Shown: positions 20,844-28,663, counted from the first letter of the stretch. The stretch: DNA of 64,000 nt from a virus (IMGVR_UViG_3300032291_003063:5963-69962), one strand, 5' to 3'. The notes: a model not told the origin generated them from the sequence alone. Program-made: numbers and translations.

Positions 20844-21209
20844 TCAAGAGTTATTTTTTGGAATGCTAGCAATAATTTCGGGGCAAATCTCAAAGCACTC
20901 CGTGTAGCCTCCAAATGCAACACTAGGAACTTTCTTTTTATGTTTCCATTTTTGATGCAATTCTTGCTCAAGGCTCCATACTTCATACAAAGTCGCACAA
21001 TAAATCTTCTGAATTCTTAGGTCATAACCTTTGAACCCAAAAGAGCGTTTTACTGCATCTTTATAGCTTCTACCTTTTGCAATTCCAATTTTAAGAACTT
21101 CTCTTTCGAGAGTTCTTTTGTTTACTAGAATTACACAGTACAGAATACCGGGCTGATTTGCTATTTCGGGGCGTGTAGAAAAGTAGGTTTCGTTGTATAC
21201 TCCACTCAT
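20844..21209 (-). CDS. T5orf172/GIY-YIG-like putative endonuclease
   Basis: ILYCV...LKIGIAK...EQELH...GGYTECF; ATG 21209 overlaps the ligase A stop (ATGA). Confidence 0.6.
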   Translation of the reverse strand: MSGVYNETYFSTRPEIANQPGILYCVILVNKRTLEREVLKIGIAKGRSYKDAVKRSFGFKGYDLRIQKIYCATLYEVWSLEQELHQKWKHKKKVPSVAFGGYTECFEICPEIIASIPKNNS

Positions 21210-22108
21210 ACACGCCTCACAATTCGGGGAATAATCTCTCCGGACCGAATTACCTCGACTTTGCACCCAAGCTCTAGACCCAGCGCATTGATATACGCAA
21301 TGTTATGAAGAGTGGCTCTTGAAACAAGGGCGTCTCCAACAAGAACGGGCTCTAGAATAGCCGTGGGGGCTACTACACCAGACCGGCCTACATTCCACTC
21401 TACATCAAGCAAAGTAGTAATAGAACCACTAGTCTGCTCTTTGAGAGCGTAGGCACCGCGAGGATGCTTAGCGGTATAACCTAGAGACTCGAAATCGCTC
21501 TGATTATTGATACGAATAACTAGCCCGTCAGACGGAAAGATATCGAGGTCTTGACAGAGCACCGTAGTAAAGCCAACGCTTTCTAGAAACTCCATAGACT
21601 CGGTGTAACTTGCTGTGGTTGGATTAAGGCCATAAGCAATAAAGTATAGTTCTCGCTGTAGAAACTCATCGGTACTCTTAAGATTAAGAGCACCCGCGGC
21701 GTAGTTACGAGAGTTTTTTATCTGCTTCGGCGCTACCACTTCTCCGACGACCTGAAATGTTCCCGAGCTTAGCTCAGGAACGAGACACCGCATCTTATCG
21801 GTAATGACCAGGCCTTCTTTACCATTGCCGCGAGTAGCAGCAACAGTAAGTTCGCCATCGACAAACTCTAGAGACACGGCTGCTCCGTCCAACTTAACAG
21901 TTGTGACAAGATCACCAGTATAATTAGCAAGGGGGTTTTCGTCGTTATAAGCTTTTTGAAGAGACCACATAGGGTACTTGTGGGAGTGCTTTTCTCCCTC
22001 TACCGCATATCCGATAACATCGTAGTTATCTGAGATTGCGTCGAACTCCTCATCAGTGAGAATTGGAGCACCTTCATAATAGGCTTTACTGGCTTGTTCT
22101 AAAATCAT
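21206..22108 (-). CDS. NAD-dependent DNA ligase subunit A
   Basis: YYEG, KLDG, TRGNG, DGLV, RATLHN. Confidence 0.92.
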   Translation of the reverse strand: MILEQASKAYYEGAPILTDEEFDAISDNYDVIGYAVEGEKHSHKYPMWSLQKAYNDENPLANYTGDLVTTVKLDGAAVSLEFVDGELTVAATRGNGKEGLVITDKMRCLVPELSSGTFQVVGEVVAPKQIKNSRNYAAGALNLKSTDEFLQRELYFIAYGLNPTTASYTESMEFLESVGFTTVLCQDLDIFPSDGLVIRINNQSDFESLGYTAKHPRGAYALKEQTSGSITTLLDVEWNVGRSGVVAPTAILEPVLVGDALVSRATLHNIAYINALGLELGCKVEVIRSGEIIPRIVRRV

Positions 22109-22145
22109 AATATATGATACCCCATAAAACCTTAAAAGTCAAGAA

Positions 22146-22445
22146 TTATTGAAACGTAAGTTTAATTAAATCTTCAAAGTGGGAAACTATAATATCTCTA
22201 CTTTCTGCTAGAGATAGAATTTCTACTAAACCCGCAAATAGTTCTCTAGAGTTTTCTAGGTCTATAGGCATAGCAACCCCTTCACTACTTGGCTTCCATG
22301 ACTCATCAAAATCTTGGTAGTACTTTCTTAGGTGTAGGTATTCTACTCCACGAAAAGTATTAACAGTAAGACGTATTTGATGGTCTTTTACTGGATCATA
22401 GTGTATAATTCGTTCATATGCTGTAGGAGCTTCATGGATTTCCAC
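22146..22445 (-). CDS. PC4/p15-like ssDNA-binding protein
   Basis: FRGVEYLHLRKYY...WKPSSEG; T5 synteny. Confidence 0.75.
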   Translation of the reverse strand: MEIHEAPTAYERIIHYDPVKDHQIRLTVNTFRGVEYLHLRKYYQDFDESWKPSSEGVAMPIDLENSRELFAGLVEILSLAESRDIIVSHFEDLIKLTFQ

Positions 22446-22722
22446 GGTTACTCCTGTCTAAGCTACGTTGCAAAGCTACTGATAGTGGCTCTACCTTCTG
22501 CACGTTAGCTACTTTAATTAATCGGTAAGAATCAGTATCCCAGCAAAATAGTAGGATTGTATCTTCTGACTCTTTAGCTCTATTTTGCTTGGATGCGATG
22601 TACGGCGTGGAAAAATCTAGGGTGCATACATTGTACTTTAGCTTCTGTGATTCAGCGCTTCTATAGTCAATAATACAGTCCCCATGCTCCAGCAATACTG
22701 CTCGCAAATCTTCTTTTCTCAA
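22432..22722 (-). CDS. Conserved T5-like hypothetical protein
   Basis: YNVCTLDF..YI and FCWDTDSYR motifs. Confidence 0.55.
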   Translation of the reverse strand: MRKEDLRAVLLEHGDCIIDYRSAESQKLKYNVCTLDFSTPYIASKQNRAKESEDTILLFCWDTDSYRLIKVANVQKVEPLSVALQRSLDRSNRGNP

Positions 22723-22821
22723 AGTGTTACTCCTTATCAGTAGGTTGGCAAACCTCTTTGCTCCTTACATGCTTCGGATACACTAATGCCCGCTCAGCCA
22801 AAGACTGAGCGGGCGATTAAC

Positions 22822-23259
22822 TTACTTGCTAGAAATGACTTCTGCAAGGTAGAGCGCGGCCTTACCAGTCAGCTTAGAAACAACTTCTTCGTTGACTTCC
22901 GCTCCAATACCAGTAATTGCTGCCCGAAGCTTTTCAAAGGCAGCTTCCTTACTGACGCGAGCGCCCGCACCTTCGGCCTTGGGGGCCTTAGACGATCCGG
23001 CTGCGGCAGACTTAGCGATATATACGCCAGCCTTAGTAAGGATCATACGAACGCCGTTGGGGCTTTCGTCTAGGTCGTCTGCAATTTCCTTAACAATTTC
23101 TACAGAAGTCTCAGCAGTAGGGTTTGCATCTTGATACATATCTACAGCGCGCTTCTTCTTGTTATCGTCCCATGCCATTCGCTTTTTCTTTCCTTTTCCA
23201 ATGTAACCTGGGCAGGTACCCAGTGTTTTAATTTGCTCTTGATAAAAACGGTCGCCCAT
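22822..23259 (-). CDS. D3-like DNA-binding protein
   Basis: SPNGVRMILTKAGVY and KLTGKAA match recalled T5 D3. Confidence 0.8.
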   Translation of the reverse strand: MGDRFYQEQIKTLGTCPGYIGKGKKKRMAWDDNKKKRAVDMYQDANPTAETSVEIVKEIADDLDESPNGVRMILTKAGVYIAKSAAAGSSKAPKAEGAGARVSKEAAFEKLRAAITGIGAEVNEEVVSKLTGKAALYLAEVISSK

Positions 23260-23314
23260 TAGTACCTCTCCGATGAAAAGATATAATACTATAAGTGACC
23301 GAAAAAGTCAAGAA

Positions 23315-23764
23315 CTATATTTTTTTACCCCTAGCTAAATGGTCAGCGCAGTGTGCCGCAGCAAATGCAAAGGGTTTGATTCTAGTTTCAACATAAGGAA
23401 GCGCGCTCTTAACATAAGATAAAGCCTCCTTTACGGCAACATTAGACTTGTGCCGAGGGTTTTGGTTTAAGTCAAGGTGAATTTCTAGGTGTCGAGTGTC
23501 AATCGAGTCTAGCAGTTCTAGCGCCACATTGACCGTATTCATAACTTCGGTTAATAGTCGCTGTTTCATATTACCATAGTCCGGTAATACTACAGTTTCG
23601 TAGAATAACTGACACCCTTTGTTAGAGTCTACGTGAAGCACTACCACCGTAGAGTACCTGGCGTACCAGCGGTTTTGCTTCTTAAATCTTACAGAATCGC
23701 ATCCAATATAAACAGAGCTTTCTTTGGAGCTTTGTTCAATGGCTTTCTTGGCTAGTTCTAACAT
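23315..23764 (-). CDS. RNase H-like YkuK-family protein
   Basis: YIGCDS, EIHLDLN, AAHCAD. Confidence 0.75.
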   Translation of the reverse strand: MLELAKKAIEQSSKESSVYIGCDSVRFKKQNRWYARYSTVVVLHVDSNKGCQLFYETVVLPDYGNMKQRLLTEVMNTVNVALELLDSIDTRHLEIHLDLNQNPRHKSNVAVKEALSYVKSALPYVETRIKPFAFAAAHCADHLARGKKI

Positions 23765-23799
23765 GATTTTTCCTATAAAAATAGCCCCAAAATGGGGCT

Positions 23800-25087
23800 A
23801 ATAAGTACCTACCCTGAGATTACGGGAGGTAAATGATGAGCCTTAAGTGCCTTATGGTTTAGCACCTTATCCAGTGAAGTTATATCACTATCTCATCAGA
23901 GCCGCACAATTTATATAGCGCAGGCTATAGCGCTTTAACACTTAGATACTCGACTAGCTCTACCACCACCTGTCTCCCGACAGTTCAAAGCCGCTAAGCT
24001 CTTATGATGTGCCTTCTAATCAACACTCTTTGGCTTTCGGCCTAGGAATGACTCCATTCTTTAGTGGAGTATTTGGCTCCTTACTCTAAGTGTAGGACAA
24101 GGCTTTTGATTTTTAAACGATTAGCCGAAGCATTTCTTTTTTCCAATAAAAAGCGTCTTGTGATAGACTATAATCTGCACTTAGGACACGCTCGTCCAGT
24201 AGCTTTCAGCTCTTTTGAAGCCAAAAATGCTACGCGCCCTGAATATCGTTCGGTTTTGCATCCCTACTAGAATGTTTGATGGCTCGATGTGCTATTGCCC
24301 ACCAACCCACTAAACTGGTACCCGCCCTAACCTGCTAAGCTCGGACTGAAGTACACTCGACAAGAACACTATATACCCTCAACTTATTGCAATCCATAAT
24401 TTGACCTTGCGGAGTCAAAAATCATAATCTGCCCGAGTATGACTGTCTGGTAAGCTATTGGGCTTTTACCCTCCTAAGAGAGCAGGGAGTTATTAGCTCC
24501 ACGCCTTGTCTGCGTGCTTAACCCTCTTACGAGGTCGAAACAGTTAGTGCAACCGTTTCTGTCACTGTATCACTACAGCTTTCGCCGCACGCGGCAATTA
24601 GACTTTTTAAGGCACAACGGAGAATTGTGACCAAAGAAGCCTAATTAATTAGGAACTTCCCGCAAGTAGTTTTCTATTCGCTGATACCGGATATAAAGAG
24701 CCGGCCGAGTCGAACAATAAAGAGTTACCACCAGCGTTTTCCTACTAACCGGAACTGGGGAAGAGCTCATCTAAGCATACTTACTAGAACAGTAGGTTCA
24801 TTAGCCAAACTGGTCGTTAGTGTGTAGAAATACTTTTACAAGCAGTTGCTAAACCACGGTAATGTGCCTTTGGCGGGATACCGGTCTTGGAAAGCCTATT
24901 GTTTTTCATCTACTTCAATAGTGGAGTAGTTTACTGTGGTCAAGTCCCGGATAAAGGCCTTACAGAGCCGGGGGTATATTACACAAGGTCCGCTTATGCA
25001 ATTCGCGGGCGAGCTACTCTAAATAGGTATTTATTAGATTTGCCTATTTATTACCGAGAGATTGGCTTTGCAGTCCTCACTCTCAAT
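23800..25087 (-). ncRNA. Candidate giant structured ncRNA (GOLLD/ROOL-class-like), about 1.3 kb
   Basis: Own sigma70 promoter and downstream hairpin terminator, no minus-strand ORF of 60 aa or more, many GNRA-capped hairpins. Confidence 0.7.
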
Positions 25088-25089
25088 AT

Positions 25090-25256
25090 AAGTATTATAT
25101 CCGATATTTCGGAAAAGTCAAGAACTTTTTTAGCTGTACCTCACGTATTCGGTACGAATGAATTCTAGAATTGCGACGACTTCGAGAGCCGGTTGGAAGT
25201 CGTATCCAGATCTTCAAGTATTATATCCGATATTTCGGAAAAGTCAAGAACTTTTT
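25090..25256 (-). promoter_or_regulatory. Two identical ~40-bp promoters (TTGACT-17-TATAAT) flanking a small structured spacer
   Basis: aagtattatatccgatatttcggaaaagtcaagaacttttt occurs at about 25090 and 25216. Confidence 0.85.
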
Positions 25257-25551
25257 AAAATTGAATTGGAATGATACTAAGAGTACCACCTGCTGAGTTC
25301 TGAATTACTGCAACAAAACTATTCATAGGAATCCTAATATTTAGTTTTTCGTTCGCTGCCATAGGCATTGAACCTGCTCCGTTAGTAGCCACAACAGTAG
25401 AATTACCTACTCGAATAAAACAAGCTGTGCTAGAGACTACTTGAATTTCCTCAAAAGGAATAGCTGTAGATCGAGCACTAGTCGCTCCAACTGTTAGAAC
25501 TTGTGCAGTACTAAAGTCATACTGGCGTGTATTATGTTCGAGATTACTCAT
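25255..25551 (-). CDS. Hypothetical beta-rich protein
   Basis: ORF with GGAG RBS before ATG 25551. Confidence 0.55.
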   Translation of the reverse strand: MSNLEHNTRQYDFSTAQVLTVGATSARSTAIPFEEIQVVSSTACFIRVGNSTVVATNGAGSMPMAANEKLNIRIPMNSFVAVIQNSAGGTLSIIPIQF

Positions 25552-25590
25552 TTTTGTCTCCATAAATCTTGAGACAAATGTCTCGTTAAT

Positions 25591-25667
25591 TGGTCGGGCA
25601 TGTAAGATTCAAACTTACGACCCTCGCATCCCAAATGCGATGCTCTATCAAGCTGAGCTAATGCCCG
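25591..25667 (-). tRNA. tRNA-Pro(TGG)
   Basis: Cloverleaf with encoded CCA. Confidence 0.9.
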
Positions 25668-25674
25668 TAATTAT

Positions 25675-25749
25675 TGGCACTCCCTGAAGGAATCGAACCC
25701 TCATCAACAGGGTAGAAACCTGATGCTCTTTCCATTGAGCTAAGGGAGC
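25675..25749 (-). tRNA. tRNA-Arg(TCT)
   Basis: Cloverleaf with CCA. Confidence 0.88.
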
Positions 25750-25750
25750 G

Positions 25751-25774
25751 TGGTATGCCGAGAGGGACTCGAAC
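25751..25774 (-). pseudogene. 3' fragment of a disrupted tRNA (T loop, acceptor strand, ACCA)
   Basis: gttcgagtccctc-tcggcat-acca; pairs with the 5' fragment at 26461-26486. Confidence 0.8.
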
Positions 25775-25779
25775 TTACC

Positions 25780-25854
25780 TGGTAGGCACGGCTGGAATTG
25801 AACCAGCATTAAATCAGTTATGAGCTGATGACTTTACCATTAAGTTACGCGCCT
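25780..25854 (-). tRNA. tRNA with CAT anticodon (elongator Met or Ile2)
   Basis: Cloverleaf atcag-ctCATaa-ctgat with CCA; 5' end overlaps the HNH stop codon. Confidence 0.85.
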
Positions 25855-26404
25855 AAAATCTATTGCTTTTACTTAGGTTATCTTTTTTAGCTAAATACTG
25901 TAAATTTTCCAAAACATGTAGCCCAGATACATTCTTCCCATTTAATGGTACTACATGATCCACTTGCATACCCTCTGGGCAGTTTCTATAAAATTCCTTA
26001 ATAGCCTCTAAGTTAGCCCAAGATACTGTTTTTAATTCTATAGAAGCTCGATACTCAGCTGATCTTGCTGGCTGCGTTTTCTTTGTTTGTGCATACTGGC
26101 AATTTTTACATTGACTATTTATACCCTGCCTGTTGGCTTGGTTTTTATGGAAATTATCAAAAGATATTACATTGTCGCACCCTGCGCAATATCTATCGTT
26201 GAATATTTCTGGTATGAATACTCTTAAATGCACACCCTTTGGTTTTCCTGGAAAATACTTACTAGTAAAAGAAGAGTAGGTACTTGCACTCCAAGAGTGT
26301 GCTCTGTACCCGTTAATTATAGCGCCAACGACACTTTTTTCTAAATATGTTGTTGGTACTGATAATTGTTCTAATTTTGATATAATATACTCTTCTAGTT
26401 TCAT
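25853..26404 (-). CDS. HNH homing endonuclease
   Basis: CAGC/CKNC, VDHVVPL..VSGLHVLENLQ..N; own promoter TTTACA-17-TATAAT, leaderless. Confidence 0.88.
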   Translation of the reverse strand: MKLEEYIISKLEQLSVPTTYLEKSVVGAIINGYRAHSWSASTYSSFTSKYFPGKPKGVHLRVFIPEIFNDRYCAGCDNVISFDNFHKNQANRQGINSQCKNCQYAQTKKTQPARSAEYRASIELKTVSWANLEAIKEFYRNCPEGMQVDHVVPLNGKNVSGLHVLENLQYLAKKDNLSKSNRF

Positions 26405-26460
26405 AAATATATTATACCAAGGTTAGAGTAGCTTGTAAAGAAAAATTTTTATAAATGGTT

Positions 26461-26486
26461 GGCTCTGACCGTTGAGCTACCGGCAT
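26461..26486 (-). pseudogene. 5' fragment of a disrupted tRNA (acceptor strand and D arm)
   Basis: atgccgg-ta-gctcaacggtcagagc. Confidence 0.8.
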
Positions 26487-26606
26487 AAAATTGGGAGTCG
26501 CTAGGTGGATCGAATAATTTCCGTCCGGCCCTGGCCGATTTTACGGCTCACGCTTCCGACTATATCCCATTGAAGGGCCTAGTTAGAGCAATCGCTCCGT
26601 TTTTAA

Positions 26607-26682
26607 TGGCTGGGGAGGTAGGGCTCGAACCTACTACCTTCTGATTCAAAGTCAGATGTTCAACCAGTTAAACTGCTCCCCA
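26607..26682 (-). tRNA. tRNA-Gln(TTG)
   Basis: Cloverleaf with CCA. Confidence 0.88.
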
Positions 26683-26683
26683 A

Positions 26684-26766
26684 TGGTGGGAAGCGGTGGT
26701 TACGCTCCACTCCCGCTAAGATGGGTTTTACAGACCCACTGCTGAAACTATCAGCTTTCACTTCCC
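26684..26766 (-). tRNA. tRNA-Tyr(GTA), atypical D and T loops
   Basis: tgggt-ctGTAaa-accca, CCA; T loop reads AGCGTAA. Confidence 0.75.
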
Positions 26767-26774
26767 ATAAACAA

Positions 26775-27227
26775 TGGCAAGGGCCGAGGCCTTCCCCGGC
26801 CCTCGAACGGCCAGCACGCTGACCGCGGGTAGTACTGCTATACTCCCTTTCGGGAAACGGACACCATAAAGGGCCGCAAGTACTACAGGCCGGAACCTGT
26901 AGGGGGCCGCAAGTAAACTTGGAGCGCGAATTGTTAGACGGTTAAAGCTCTTTCATCACCGTAAGTTTTATAACACAGAGCACTTTGGTCAGTCATTAAA
27001 TCGCCGTTCGTCAGACTGACAATTGAGAACGAGCGAAGCAAGAGCTGAGTCTGACTCGCGAGGCGGCGATTCAGCCCTGCCCCTCACGCCCGAAGCCGTG
27101 AGGGGGGTTATTTAAAAGGACGTGCCCGAAGACACGTCCCAACCAATCCGATCCGGGACTTTTGGCCCCGCGCGCTCGTTTGGTTATCCGAACCCTTGCG
27201 GGCCGGGAATTTCCGCTGCAGTGGCGC
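26775..27227 (-). ncRNA. Candidate structured ncRNA(s), about 450 nt
   Basis: No ORF; GC-rich hairpins with UUCG/GCAA/GAAA loops; ends in GCCA. Confidence 0.6.
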
Positions 27228-27301
27228 TGGAGCTGGCTAGGGGAATCGAACCCCTGTCGTCAGGTTGGAAGCCTGTAATAATACCATTATACTAAACCAG
27301 C
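27228..27301 (-). tRNA. tRNA-Gly(TCC)
   Basis: Cloverleaf with CCA. Confidence 0.88.
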
Positions 27302-27483
27302 AAATCTTTAAATACGTACTTAGGGTACTCTACCTTATTAGTCAGTGGAGACTCCTTAATCATAGCATAAACCACATCGGTAGGAGCTGCTTCAATCAAA
27401 CGAATAGCATCAGCAGCCGTTAAGTTCTTCTCAACAACGCTGCCTACTTGCTCTAGTCGAACAACTGTGTATTTATCAATCAA
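27292..27483 (-). CDS. Small hypothetical protein (leaderless, TTG start)
   Basis: ORF begins just downstream of TTGACT-17-TATAAT. Confidence 0.45.
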   Translation of the reverse strand: MIDKYTVVRLEQVGSVVEKNLTAADAIRLIEAAPTDVVYAMIKESPLTNKVEYPKYVFKDLLV

Positions 27484-27522
27484 GTATTATACTCCAAATT
27501 TTGAAAAAGTCAAGAACTTTTT

Positions 27523-27607
27523 TGGCGGAAGGTATGGGAATCGAACCCATTCTACTTATAGTAGTACAGATTAGCAATCTGCTGCATTACCGGCCTGCCC
27601 ACCTTCC
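27523..27607 (-). tRNA. tRNA-Ser(GCT)
   Basis: Long variable arm, CCA. Confidence 0.9.
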
Positions 27608-27679
27608 GTACCCAAGAAAAGAATCGAACTTTTATGTGCGCATCCACAATGCGCTGCTTTACCATTAAGCTACTCAGGC
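27608..27679 (-). tRNA. tRNA-His(GTG), A73, no G-1, incomplete CCA
   Basis: gcgca-ttGTGga-tgcgc. Confidence 0.8.
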
Positions 27680-27680
27680 A

Positions 27681-27756
27681 TGGCACTTCGGGAAAGACTC
27701 AAACTCTCATCTCTACGTTCGTAGCGTAGTGTTCTATTCTATTGAACTACCGAAGC
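27681..27756 (-). tRNA. tRNA-Arg(ACG)
   Basis: Cloverleaf with CCA. Confidence 0.88.
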
Positions 27757-27759
27757 ATC

Positions 27760-27835
27760 TGGAGGGCCTAATGGGATTTGAACCCAAAGCGAGGTGATTA
27801 AAAGTCACCTGCCATTCCCAGATGGCCCTAGGCCC
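27760..27835 (-). tRNA. tRNA-Lys(TTT)
   Basis: Cloverleaf with CCA. Confidence 0.85.
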
Positions 27836-27839
27836 GTAT

Positions 27840-27931
27840 TGGTTGTCCTACCCGGACTTGAACCGGGATCGTGCAGTCATCTACTGCTCATGCCTTATAA
27901 GGACACCGCTCTACCATTGAGCTATAGGACG
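27840..27931 (-). tRNA. tRNA with TAT anticodon (nominally Ile) and a long variable arm
   Basis: gtgtc-ctTATaa-ggcat; V-arm gcagt-agatg-actgc; CCA. Confidence 0.8.
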
Positions 27932-27935
27932 TTGT

Positions 27936-28011
27936 TGGTGCATTCCCGGGGAATTGAACCCCAACCTCATGCTTTTCAGACACATGTGCCGACCACGTAC
28001 ACCAGAAATGC
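27936..28011 (-). tRNA. tRNA-Phe(GAA)
   Basis: Cloverleaf with CCA. Confidence 0.85.
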
Positions 28012-28016
28012 GTAAA

Positions 28017-28070
28017 ATAGGGGCCAAGATTCGAACTTGGATAGTGCACTAGCGTCCCTTACGCCCCCTA
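28017..28070 (-). ncRNA. Mini tRNA-like element (acceptor stem plus T arm, no canonical anticodon arm)
   Basis: tagggg...ccaag-ttcgaat-cttgg-ccccta. Confidence 0.55.
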
Positions 28071-28073
28071 AAT

Positions 28074-28149
28074 TGGCGAACCTAACGGGAGTTGAACCCG
28101 CACAAACTAAATCGACAGTTTAGTGCTCTACCAGTTAAGCTATAGGTCC
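28074..28149 (-). tRNA. tRNA-Asp(GTC)
   Basis: Cloverleaf with CCA. Confidence 0.88.
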
Positions 28150-28278
28150 ATTGTTTAGGAAGATACATAAAATACCATTGATTGTTGGAGCAATCAGTTT
28201 CGCCCTCCTCCAAGAGGACCGACGCTATTCTAGCACGCTCGAAGTGAGTAGCGCCGTCTTATGTACCTACGTAAACAA

Positions 28279-28353
28279 TGGAGGGTGATCTCGGGATTGA
28301 ACCGAGGACACACGGATTAAGAGCCCGTTGCTCTACCTCTGAGCTAATCACCC
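28279..28353 (-). tRNA. tRNA-Lys(CTT)
   Basis: Cloverleaf with CCA. Confidence 0.9.
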
Positions 28354-28354
28354 C

Positions 28355-28431
28355 TGGAACACGCAATGGGACTCGAACCCATATCTACACATTGAAAGTG
28401 TGTTATCCTAGGCCAGCTAGACGATGCGTGC
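28355..28431 (-). tRNA. tRNA-Glu(TTC)
   Basis: Cloverleaf with CCA. Confidence 0.88.
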
Positions 28432-28432
28432 T

Positions 28433-28507
28433 TGGTGATAGGGGGTGGAGTCGAACCAACACAGCCCGGCGTATGAGACCGATGCACTACCGTTATGCTA
28501 CCCTATC
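28433..28507 (-). tRNA. tRNA-Met(CAT)
   Basis: tcggt-ctCATac-gccgg, CCA. Confidence 0.8.
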
Positions 28508-28509
28508 AT

Positions 28510-28587
28510 TGGAGTTGCGGGAGGGATTCGAACCCCCGGTTTTAGGGATTTGCAGTCCCTTGCATTGGGCCACTCTGCCACCGCAAC
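28510..28587 (-). tRNA. tRNA-Cys(GCA)
   Basis: Cloverleaf, U73, CCA. Confidence 0.9.
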
Positions 28588-28588
28588 A

Positions 28589-28663
28589 TGGTAGTTTCAC
28601 CAAGAATCGAACTTGGATCTAACGATTATCAGTCGTTTGCACTAGCCATTGTGCTATGAAACC
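28589..28663 (-). tRNA. tRNA-Ile(GAT)
   Basis: Cloverleaf with CCA. Confidence 0.9.

Noticed and set aside
26515-26545. SRP (4.5S) RNA from CAGGGCCGGACGGAA
   Set aside because: Lacks the GNRA loop and AGCAG motif of SRP domain IV.
26775-27227. RNase P RNA or group I intron
   Set aside because: No GAGGAAAGUCC/ACAGAA P4 pair, no recognisable P7 core and no flanking exon halves found by eye.
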